A DNA stretch of 64,000 bases from the NCBI GenBank assembly GCA_027063065.1, contig JAMOSO010000001.1, positions 9,128 to 73,127 on the forward strand. The letters are read 5' to 3'. The number at the start of each line of letters is the position of its first letter. The first letter of the stretch is position 1. Below the pieces are notes generated by a model. That model was given only the letters and a program-made list of their open reading frames with translations. It ran no database searches and was not told the origin of the DNA. Both the position numbers and the translations under genes were made by a program. Below are positions 20,453 through 29,071 of this stretch, piece after piece. The DNA is from Planctomycetota bacterium (GTDB taxonomy: Bacteria; Planctomycetota; JAMOSO01).

Positions 20453-22611
20453 TATTTTAGTATAAGATTGGCTAATGCCTGTTGTTTTTTTGTTAATATC
20501 GATTTGTAACGTTTATTTAGTTGAGCGATATGCGCATGGGCCTCTTGATGATTACCCAAAAACAAACTGGCTTGGGCGATGCCCAAAATTACATCAGGAC
20601 GTGTATCACCTTTTTTTAAAAATTGTTTATATAAATTATAAGCATATTGCCATCTATGTAAGCGTAAACTTGTTTTAGCTAAAAAGTATTTTAAAGGCTC
20701 GTTAAATTTTTCTAACTCTGTTTGATATATTTTATCTAACAATTGGTTTGCTTTGTTATTATTTTTAGTAAACAATGCCACTTTTAACAACCCTACCCAA
20801 CCTTGCGAACTGTACGGGTATAATTCTGCGTGTTTTACATAAGCTTTTATAGCCTTATTAACATATCCGTACTTTAAATTAGTATCAGCTATTAACATAT
20901 CAGTAGCTTTTGGCTTATCAGCACATTTAAGCAAATTGATAATCAAATCTTGCGGATAAGTACGTGCCACCATAATTTTAATAAATAATTGTTGTGATTT
21001 AGTAAAGTGCAATAGAAGCTTGTTTATATCATCAGATTGCGCTACTAGACTAGCTATTGAATCTCTGTAAAAATAATCGTGATAATCTCGAAACATTTCT
21101 GTTAACAATGGCACCAGCCTTGCAGATAAATTTTGCGTATTTAAACCCATTTGTGGAACAATTTTTGAAATATTAACATAATGAGGTGAAATTTGCTCTA
21201 ATTCATTTGCTATACTTAAAGCTTGGCTTTCTTGATGAAGCTGTCGATAAAGCCCAAATAAACGCCACCGTAAAAAAGATTCTTTGTGTAAAGAATTTAA
21301 TTTATTTTTAGATAACTCTAACGATTTAACTGCCTGTTGTAATTTACCTAAGGAAGCCAAATTTTGCCCTTGATAATAATGATAATGTGCTACTCCAGAG
21401 CGAATAACCAAATATATACATAAACAAATCACAGGTATTAAAATTAATTGCTTTAATTTAACATACCTAATATTAACAACAAAATTACCACCTACTATAC
21501 TTAATAAAATGGCATAATTAGTCCAAAAAACTATAGGAAAAAACTCATAACGCATAGCCCCACTTAAGCCTATAGAAAATACCCACGCCAAATGTATTAA
21601 ACAAATAGGAATAGCCGTTTTTACAGGATGCCGATAAAACAAAAATAATGGCAATAAAATAATTGCTAAAAAAACACTTAGACCAACTATGCCTAAAGAG
21701 CCTAACAACTGGGCGTATTCATTATGAGCTGTATTTAAAATTAAACCAAAACCAGGTAATAAATACCAATCTGCTGGGGCAAAACTATTAAATAAGCCAA
21801 TATAACTACCAGCACCATGACCTAATAAAGGTGCGTTTTTACATAAACTTAAAGCTGTTTGGATAGTAGTATACCTAACTGCCTGAGACACGCGTAAATA
21901 ATTTAAAACACTCTCATTTAAAGATAACAAAACAGCAAAAACAATTAGCAATAATAAAATAATATAAAAAATGTTTTTTTTATGCCTAGTTATATATGCT
22001 AATGCAAAAATAATACTAGAAAGCACAAACGCTAACGATGAGGATTGACTACGACATTTAGCAAATGCAAAAGATAAAACTAAAAGTGCAACCACATAAA
22101 GCACATATTGAATTTTAGAAGTATTGATATTTTTTATATTATATAATTGAAAGACAACACAGATTATCGGCGCAATTAAATAAGCCCCAAAAATATTAGG
22201 ATTACCCAATGGCCACATTAAACGGTTTAAATTATGATAATATAAAAAGCCTAACCCCATTAACGCCGTCAATACACCACCTAAAATAATAGCGTAAATG
22301 ATATGCTTAATATTGATAGCAGAAAATTTTAATACACTAACTATTGCTATCCATAAACCAATAAATAGCAAATCGACAGACCTATGCCAAGATGCCAAAG
22401 CAATCTCGCTGTAAAATACAGAATAAATGTTTAGTAAAGCAAATATAAAAAAACCAATACTTAGAGCATTTATTTTACGACTATGCAACAAAGAGCCGGT
22501 AGCTACAATCACTAAACATTGAAACACCAATTGCTTTACATATATATAACTATATAAATCAACAAGTATAAACGATGGAATTAACGCAAAAATAAAAAGA
22601 ATATTGGGCAT
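20449..22611 (-). CDS. Wzy_C (O-antigen ligase / O-oligosaccharyltransferase-like) membrane domain fused to C-terminal TPR repeats
   Basis: 720 aa. The N-terminal ~400 aa is polytopic and carries NTAHNEYAQLLGSLGIVGL (Wzy_C signature). The C-terminal ~300 aa is TPR-like helical repeats. Confidence 0.7.
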   Translation of the reverse strand: MPNILFIFALIPSFILVDLYSYIYVKQLVFQCLVIVATGSLLHSRKINALSIGFFIFALLNIYSVFYSEIALASWHRSVDLLFIGLWIAIVSVLKFSAINIKHIIYAIILGGVLTALMGLGFLYYHNLNRLMWPLGNPNIFGAYLIAPIICVVFQLYNIKNINTSKIQYVLYVVALLVLSFAFAKCRSQSSSLAFVLSSIIFALAYITRHKKNIFYIILLLLIVFAVLLSLNESVLNYLRVSQAVRYTTIQTALSLCKNAPLLGHGAGSYIGLFNSFAPADWYLLPGFGLILNTAHNEYAQLLGSLGIVGLSVFLAIILLPLFLFYRHPVKTAIPICLIHLAWVFSIGLSGAMRYEFFPIVFWTNYAILLSIVGGNFVVNIRYVKLKQLILIPVICLCIYLVIRSGVAHYHYYQGQNLASLGKLQQAVKSLELSKNKLNSLHKESFLRWRLFGLYRQLHQESQALSIANELEQISPHYVNISKIVPQMGLNTQNLSARLVPLLTEMFRDYHDYFYRDSIASLVAQSDDINKLLLHFTKSQQLFIKIMVARTYPQDLIINLLKCADKPKATDMLIADTNLKYGYVNKAIKAYVKHAELYPYSSQGWVGLLKVALFTKNNNKANQLLDKIYQTELEKFNEPLKYFLAKTSLRLHRWQYAYNLYKQFLKKGDTRPDVILGIAQASLFLGNHQEAHAHIAQLNKRYKSILTKKQQALANLILKY

Positions 22612-22626
22612 TTATAAATTGTAACC

Positions 22627-22662
22627 AAAAAAAAACGGCGAGCAACAAAGGCTCGCCGTTTT
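22627..22662 (-). terminator. Rho-independent terminator after pseudopilin gene 1
   Basis: Stem cggcgagc (22636-22643) / gctcgccg (22651-22658) with a 7-nt loop. On the minus strand it is followed by a U9 run (A-run 22627-22635). Confidence 0.7.
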
Positions 22663-22683
22663 AATAATATTTAAATTTAAATA

Positions 22684-23307
22684 TTAATTAGTTTCACCTG
22701 GAGAGAAAAATTTATCCGCTCCAATCATTGTAGCATCTGTAGGTGCCGCACTAGATGCAGCAGAAGTATCTATATCTTCTTTAATATCAGTAACTTTTTT
22801 AACTGAAGCATCTGTTTTTAAGACATGAAAATATTCATTACCTTCACCCCAAAATGATGGATAATCAGAAATATGAACTGTAGTTTTAATATTTACAGAA
22901 GCAGCTAAAGTTAAAGTATTTAATGCATAATTAGAATTGATGACTTTTGTAGGAGCTGTGACACTGTCTAACTCAGGAACTTTTAAAGCACCACGTTGAG
23001 GCGATTCAAAAGTTTTTACAGATAAGTTTTGATCATTCATTAAACATGCAAATGCTTGACCTACGCCATTGTCGCTAGCATCAACATTAGCTTTAGCCGC
23101 TTCTAAACCAGGAAACACATCTTTGTTATCCATAGTGTACATAGCCATTGAACTTGCCATTGCTTTAAGATTTGACATAGATTTAACAGCATTGGCTTTT
23201 TCTTTTGCCTTGCCAAGTGATGGCAATAACATTGAAGCCAAGATTGCGATAATCGAAATTACAACTAGCAATTCGATAAGGGTGAAGCCTTTTAGTAGTT
23301 TTTTCAT
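22684..23307 (-). CDS. Prepilin-type N-terminal cleavage/methylation domain protein (PVC-type pseudopilin, DUF1559-like)
   Basis: 207 aa. MKKLLKGFTLIELLVVISIIAILASMLLPSL prepilin leader plus hydrophobic helix. C-terminal FHVLKTDASVKKV motif. Strong SD (aggagg) upstream. Confidence 0.85.
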   Translation of the reverse strand: MKKLLKGFTLIELLVVISIIAILASMLLPSLGKAKEKANAVKSMSNLKAMASSMAMYTMDNKDVFPGLEAAKANVDASDNGVGQAFACLMNDQNLSVKTFESPQRGALKVPELDSVTAPTKVINSNYALNTLTLAASVNIKTTVHISDYPSFWGEGNEYFHVLKTDASVKKVTDIKEDIDTSAASSAAPTDATMIGADKFFSPGETN

Positions 23308-23342
23308 ACTACCTCCTAAAAAAAAGAAAAAAGTGTAAATAA

Positions 23343-23371
23343 AACATATACCACATATCTGATATTGTCAA
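23343..23371 (-). promoter_or_regulatory. Sigma70-type promoter candidate for pseudopilin gene 1
   Basis: Read on the minus strand: TTGACA (23371-23366), 17-nt spacer, TATGTT (23348-23343). It lies about 35 nt upstream of the ATG at 23307. Confidence 0.45.
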
Positions 23372-23408
23372 TACATAATTTAAAATATAGTATGCTCTAT
23401 CGTACAAG

Positions 23409-24026
23409 TTAAGGCTGTGTTCCTTCTGTGGCAAATAATCCCGTGCCTATCAATAACGAATCTGACACCTTATTAGTGCTTACACCTACGCCAATTTCAT
23501 CCATATTTACAATTTTTTTTACAGAAGCATCGCTATATAAAGCATGAAAATAAGATGAGCCTGCTTCCCAAAAACTAGGCCTGTCCATTATATGAATGGT
23601 AGTCGACAAATTTATCCCCTTAGATAATGTATTTGTATTAAATACATAACTAATATTAGTAATAGAAGTAATTGGATCATTACCAACAACTACGGGACGT
23701 TTTAAGCGTGCCTTTTGAGGACACTCTAATACATCATTGCTTAAATCTTGATCATTTAATAAAACCCTAAATGCATCATCCACATCTGAAGATGCTGTAG
23801 TATTAGCCTTAGCTGTAGTTAAACCAGGATAAATGTCATTATGATCCATTAAATACATAGATACTGCACTATCTAAAGCCTTTAAATTGGACATTGATTT
23901 GGATGCATTAGCCTTTTCTTTAGCTTTAGTCAAAGAAGGCAATAACATAGACGCCAAAATGGCAATGATAGAAATCACCACCAACAACTCTATCAAAGTA
24001 AATTTTTTAATTAACAAACGTTTCAT
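23409..24026 (-). CDS. Prepilin-type N-terminal cleavage/methylation domain protein (paralog of 22684-23307)
   Basis: ORF 23409-24056; preferred start ATG 24026 (MKRLLIKKFTLIELLVVISIIAILASMLLPSL). C-terminal FHALYSDASVKKI. Collinear with the neighbouring paralog. Confidence 0.85.
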   Translation of the reverse strand: MKRLLIKKFTLIELLVVISIIAILASMLLPSLTKAKEKANASKSMSNLKALDSAVSMYLMDHNDIYPGLTTAKANTTASSDVDDAFRVLLNDQDLSNDVLECPQKARLKRPVVVGNDPITSITNISYVFNTNTLSKGINLSTTIHIMDRPSFWEAGSSYFHALYSDASVKKIVNMDEIGVGVSTNKVSDSLLIGTGLFATEGTQP

Positions 24027-24179
24027 ACCAACCACTAGTTTTAAAATCGGGCACAACTATAATAAAAAATATTTCACATTCAATTAAAAGTATAAATAAA
24101 AGTATTTAAATAGCAGTTGACAAATTTATATTCCACCTTAAATTAATACTGCTTTTAAAATCACTATTTGGAGAGGTCT

Positions 24180-25724
24180 ATGTTTGCAACTTTATGCGCT
24201 ATTACATTACATGGGGTAGATGCTATCGAGGTGGCTGTTGAGCTTGACGCGAGCAATGGGATGCCTTCATTTCAAATTGGCGGATTAGGTGATTCTGCAA
24301 TCAAAGAAAGCAAACAAAGGGTGATTTCTGCTATTAAAAATTCTGGATATAAAATACCACCCAGACGCATTACAGTAAATTTAGCACCAGCAGATTTAAA
24401 AAAAGAAGGCACTTGCTATGATTTGGCCATTGCTATTGGATTATTAATAGCGACTAATCAGATTGAAATATTAATAAAAGGCAAATTTTTGATATTAGGC
24501 GAATTGTCATTAGACGGTAAATTACGTCCAGTATCTGGTATTTTACCCGCAGCTATTATGGCTAAAAAACAACAATATGATGGATTAATTCTGCCTAAAG
24601 AAAATCAATCTGAAGCAAGCGTTGTAGAAGATATCAAAATAATTGGAGTCAATAATTTGCTAGAAGCAATTAAATTTTTATCTAATGAATTTATACCCAA
24701 CACAACAGAAATACATAATATTATACCAAACAACGAAAACTACCCTGTAGATTTTAGTGATATTAAAGGACAAGAAGGTGTTAAACGTGCATTAACAATT
24801 GCAGCAGCTGGAGGGCATAATTTAATTTGTATAGGCCCTCCTGGATCAGGCAAAACAATGTCTGCTAGAGCCATACCATCTATTTTGCCAAGCTTAAGTA
24901 AACCAGAAATGCTAGAAACCAGTAAAATTTATTCTGTGGCTGGATTACTACCCACTAATTATCCATTAATACATACTAGGCCATTTAGAGCCCCACATCA
25001 CTCAATATCAGAAGCCGGCCTAGTCGGTGGCGGTAGCAATCCTATGCCAGGAGAAGTAAGTTTGTCACATAATGGCGTATTATTTTTAGATGAACTAACC
25101 GAATTTAATCTGCGTACATTAGAATCATTACGCCAACCGCTAGAAGATAAAAAAATTACCATATCAAGAGCTAAACGGACTGTAACATTTCCATCAAATA
25201 CTATGCTATTAGCCGCCATGAATCCATGTCCTTGTGGTTTTTACGGTTCTAATTCCAATAGCTGTACCTGTACAAGCAATCAAATACAAAAATATCTGAG
25301 TAAAGTATCAGGGCCTTTGCTTGATCGTATTGATATGCACATAGAAGCCCCTCCTGTAAACAAAACTGATTTATTAAGCAATACTAAATCAGAAACATCG
25401 GCATCAATAAAAATTAAAGTAGAAAATGCCAGAAATGTGCAATTAAAACGATTTCAGAACCAATCTAATATGCAAATACATAGTTGTTATTCTAATTCGG
25501 ATATGAATCCTCGTCAAATTAAACAATTTTGCTTATTAAATACACAAAATACTAAATTAATGGAAAAAATGTTTGATAATTTAAACTTTTCGGCGCGTTC
25601 ATACAATAAAGTCTTAAAAATAGCACGTACTATAGCCGATTTAGACGATTCAAAAAATATAGAACAAAATCATTTATTAGAAGCCATTCAATATAGAACT
25701 CTAGACAGAAAATATTGGGGTTAA
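24180..25724 (+). CDS. comM: Mg-chelatase-like AAA+ ATPase YifB/ComM
   Basis: The ORF track begins at TTG 24168. The ATG at 24180 sits 5 nt after a ggagagg SD. Lon-protease-like N-terminal domain, Walker A GPPGSGKT, Walker B GVLFLDE, ComM C-terminal domain. Confidence 0.9.
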   Translation: MFATLCAITLHGVDAIEVAVELDASNGMPSFQIGGLGDSAIKESKQRVISAIKNSGYKIPPRRITVNLAPADLKKEGTCYDLAIAIGLLIATNQIEILIKGKFLILGELSLDGKLRPVSGILPAAIMAKKQQYDGLILPKENQSEASVVEDIKIIGVNNLLEAIKFLSNEFIPNTTEIHNIIPNNENYPVDFSDIKGQEGVKRALTIAAAGGHNLICIGPPGSGKTMSARAIPSILPSLSKPEMLETSKIYSVAGLLPTNYPLIHTRPFRAPHHSISEAGLVGGGSNPMPGEVSLSHNGVLFLDELTEFNLRTLESLRQPLEDKKITISRAKRTVTFPSNTMLLAAMNPCPCGFYGSNSNSCTCTSNQIQKYLSKVSGPLLDRIDMHIEAPPVNKTDLLSNTKSETSASIKIKVENARNVQLKRFQNQSNMQIHSCYSNSDMNPRQIKQFCLLNTQNTKLMEKMFDNLNFSARSYNKVLKIARTIADLDDSKNIEQNHLLEAIQYRTLDRKYWG

Positions 25725-26112
25725 CAATATTCAATCTAAAAAGTCTTTAATTAGTACGAAATAATCCCATTATAGCCTAAAAAAATAAATTTATAGTTAT
25801 ACACCGCCTATCAATCCAAATTATCGGCAAAAATACTTGACCTAAGCGATTTATCTGATTTAATCATCAGACGAGATTGATTGACTGCCAAAATTGTATT
25901 GTAAAAAAACCGATTTAAACGATGGGTTTTACCGATGATTAAGATTTAATTACAAGATGTTTATGATTGAGTTTTACTTTGTAATAATACTTAAATTCAA
26001 TAATGGCAATAGTTTATCAAAAATCAATGAAATATATCAGCGTTCCTGTTATAGTAATAGTATTAGTAGTTAAAAGAGGTAATAGTAACTATTCTTTTTT
26101 TATAAAATAAAT

Positions 26113-27951
26113 ATGAATAAAAAACAATTAACATTTATGGATAATATTAATACTAATGGCCGTAAAGAGCCATTAACTATTATTAAAGCTAATAATTTAG
26201 AAAATAGCACTATAACTTTTGATGAAATTTTACTAGGTCAAACTTCGATTGTAGCTCCGGAAGGCGCTGTACTTGAAAGACGTGTCAATCCTGATACATC
26301 ACAAGAATATTTAGTTAAACGATTTAACCATGTAGTTGGAACACATAATGGTGATTTAAGATCAGTTGAAATAGAAATAGAAACACTACCCAGTCAGGGC
26401 TTAACAGACTATTTTGATGATAAAGTATTATTAACTCTACATTCTTTAGCTTTAGAAAAAGACTCTTATGAGTATTACACAAATATTTCAGAAATTTGCG
26501 CCGCTAGAGATTGGCCTTTAAATGGTGAATATATTGCTAAAGTACGCAAAAGCTTAGAAAAACTAGAAGGTACTTCTATTGCCAGTGATCAATTTGTTGA
26601 TCCTGATACTAACGAATCAATTAAACAAAGAATAAATTTATTATCTCGTTATGTGCGTTTTAAAGACGAACAGCGTTCAACATCAATCAAAAAAGACGGT
26701 ATTTTATATGATGATGAAATTAAATTTAAAAAAGATTTTTTAATTGAGATAAATCAATTTTTTTTTAAGAGTTTGCAAAAACAAAAAATAAAACTTGATA
26801 TTAAGGTTTTAAATTCATTTAGAAATAAAACAGTTGAAAAATTATATCGCTTTTTAAATACAATGTTTCAATTAAAATCAGAAATTGAAATAAATCTAAC
26901 AGATTTATGTGAAACTTTAGGCATTACTGTGCCTAAGTATATTTCTAATATAAAACGTAATATTTATGTACGTTATATCAAAGAAATAGAAAAAAATAAT
27001 ATAATCAAACCTTTTGATATTAAAACTAATTATTATAAACATAATAAAATTTGGCGTGTGAAATTTGAACGTGGTGAATTTTACGAGTCTCTTGAAGATA
27101 GATGGGCAATGAAACCAGCTTTATTTAATATTTTTAATTATTTGCACGCCGAATTAAAATTTAAAAAACATGAAGCTCATACTTTGATGGGTAAATATGC
27201 CAATGAGCTTATTCAAGAAAATATCAATTATTTGCGTTTATCATTAGAAATTACTCCAAATGTGATTAGATATCCAAAAGCTTGGATGAAAAAATCATTA
27301 GAAAACAATTGGGATCATAGTTTAAATTTACAAATCTTAAGAGAGTTAAAACACAGTAAAACACCATTAACACAATATCAGCAATCTTGGGAAAAACGTG
27401 ATTTTAATGAAGAAGAAAAACAAGCATTTGAACGTTGTACTATTAAATTTAAAATACCAGAAAACATAGTTATTCCTTGGATTAAAACCCATGCTAATTT
27501 TGATTATATCAAACAATTAGATAAGGTTTTTGATTTATTAAAACCTGAAGAACAAAAATATGATTATTTAGCTACTATGATTAGACATCGAGACTCCAGA
27601 GTTTGGCGTATAACAATACCTGGCAGTGAGCAAGAACAAGTTGCCAATCGTATACAAAAACAGAAATATCAATCTTTGTTTGCTAATGAAATTGTAATTG
27701 AACCAGATGACATAGAAACATCAGATAATATCACACCTGTCGCCCCTCCTATGCCCAATATATTAAATTTAATGGACGCCTTAAAACAACATTTAGGAGA
27801 AGAATATAATAAATTGTTTAATGAAACATATATGGCTGCGGAACCTGTTTTAGTTTTAGGTGGCATTGATAGCCCAGAGGCAATTAGAGATGCAATTTTA
27901 ATTCAGATGCAGAAAACATATTTGCCAAATTTTATTACGCAAAATGATTAA
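26113..27951 (+). CDS. Large hypothetical protein whose N-terminal half resembles RepA/TrfA-type (winged-helix) replication initiators; function unverified
   Basis: 612 aa. Segments LPSQGLTDYFDDKVLLTLHSLAL, ISEICAARDWPLNGEYIAKVRKSLEKLEGTSI and FRNKTVEKLYRFLN...INLTDLCETLGI follow, from memory, the pattern of replication-initiator-protein-A/TrfA families. The C-terminal ~280 aa is unassigned. No SD precedes the ATG. Confidence 0.5.
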   Translation: MNKKQLTFMDNINTNGRKEPLTIIKANNLENSTITFDEILLGQTSIVAPEGAVLERRVNPDTSQEYLVKRFNHVVGTHNGDLRSVEIEIETLPSQGLTDYFDDKVLLTLHSLALEKDSYEYYTNISEICAARDWPLNGEYIAKVRKSLEKLEGTSIASDQFVDPDTNESIKQRINLLSRYVRFKDEQRSTSIKKDGILYDDEIKFKKDFLIEINQFFFKSLQKQKIKLDIKVLNSFRNKTVEKLYRFLNTMFQLKSEIEINLTDLCETLGITVPKYISNIKRNIYVRYIKEIEKNNIIKPFDIKTNYYKHNKIWRVKFERGEFYESLEDRWAMKPALFNIFNYLHAELKFKKHEAHTLMGKYANELIQENINYLRLSLEITPNVIRYPKAWMKKSLENNWDHSLNLQILRELKHSKTPLTQYQQSWEKRDFNEEEKQAFERCTIKFKIPENIVIPWIKTHANFDYIKQLDKVFDLLKPEEQKYDYLATMIRHRDSRVWRITIPGSEQEQVANRIQKQKYQSLFANEIVIEPDDIETSDNITPVAPPMPNILNLMDALKQHLGEEYNKLFNETYMAAEPVLVLGGIDSPEAIRDAILIQMQKTYLPNFITQND

Positions 27952-29071
27952 ACGGGTTGGTATTTTTAGCTCAACAAGAGCTGATTATAGTTATTTGAAA
28001 CCTGTTGCCAAAGCTTTGCAACAATTAAAAATAAAAGTGGTTTTTTTTATTACTGGATTACATTTACGTCAAGATCGAGGCAATAGTATTAAATATATCC
28101 AATCAGATGGTTTTGTTTTTTATACTATTACCAATCAGTTGCATACTGATGAGGCAATTAATCAAGCTGGTATAAATGGCGATATATTAAAACAATTGCC
28201 GATGTTATTGTCAGAAAAGAAAATACAATTTCTTTTATTATTAGGTGATAGAAGCGAAATATTAACCGCGGCTTTATCGGCTATGCACATTAATGTTGCC
28301 ATTGGACATATCCATGGTGGTGATTTGTCTTATGGAGGCGGTATTGATGATAGTATTCGTCATGCCGTTACAAAGTTAGCTCATGTGCATTTTCCTGCTA
28401 GTAACGATAGTGCTAGACGTTTATTGAGGTTGCAAGAAGCACCATGGAGGATTATAAAAGCAGGTGAAACAAGTTTAGAAAATATTAAGCAATCTGATAA
28501 TACATTTTTACAACGGTTTAATTTACCTCAACCCTATGCCGTATTATTGCAACACGGCGAGGCATTACAGGCTGATAAGTCTGTAGAGCAGTTTAAAAGT
28601 GTATATACTGCCCTGTGTAGTTTTGATTTACATAAGGTTGTGATTTTGCCTAATGATGATCCTGGTGCAAAAAAAATGATTGCATTTATAAAAAGTCAAT
28701 CCAAGACATCTGCAACAACCGTTTTTAACACCCTTGCCACCGCCGATTTTTTTGATTTACTTAAAAATAGTAAATTTTTAATTGGCAATAGTTCTTCGGC
28801 TATAATTGAAGCACCCTATTTGGGCGTGCCAGCCATTAATTTAGGTATTCGCCAACAAGGGCGTAAAACTTATGTGTCTACATTACACGGTGATTTTAAC
28901 ACAGCAAATATAGTTGAGCTTATTGCCGAGGTTTTGACAAATAGGCACAAGCTTAAAACTCGTGCTGTTGCCAAACGTTTATCTAATCGACCATTGGCAA
29001 GTAAAATTATTGCTCAACATATTAAAAGTTTACGATTAGATAAATCGTTTTTTCAAAAAGTTATGTCTTAA
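27944..29071 (+). CDS. neuC: UDP-N-acetylglucosamine 2-epimerase, hydrolysing type (NeuC-like)
   Basis: 375 aa. GDRSEILTAALSAMHINVAIGHIHGGD and DDSIRHAVTKLAHVHF are NeuC/NnaA-type signatures. The start overlaps the upstream ORF by 8 nt. Confidence 0.8.
   Translation: MIKRVGIFSSTRADYSYLKPVAKALQQLKIKVVFFITGLHLRQDRGNSIKYIQSDGFVFYTITNQLHTDEAINQAGINGDILKQLPMLLSEKKIQFLLLLGDRSEILTAALSAMHINVAIGHIHGGDLSYGGGIDDSIRHAVTKLAHVHFPASNDSARRLLRLQEAPWRIIKAGETSLENIKQSDNTFLQRFNLPQPYAVLLQHGEALQADKSVEQFKSVYTALCSFDLHKVVILPNDDPGAKKMIAFIKSQSKTSATTVFNTLATADFFDLLKNSKFLIGNSSSAIIEAPYLGVPAINLGIRQQGRKTYVSTLHGDFNTANIVELIAEVLTNRHKLKTRAVAKRLSNRPLASKIIAQHIKSLRLDKSFFQKVMS

Noticed and set aside
25725-26112. Search for DnaA boxes (TTATCCACA / TGTGGATAA) in the spacer at the skew flip, and likewise in 30679-31011
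   Set aside because: The best candidates (ttatcggca, ttatcaaaa) have 2 mismatches each, and there is no cluster. I therefore do not annotate a DnaA-dependent oriC here.
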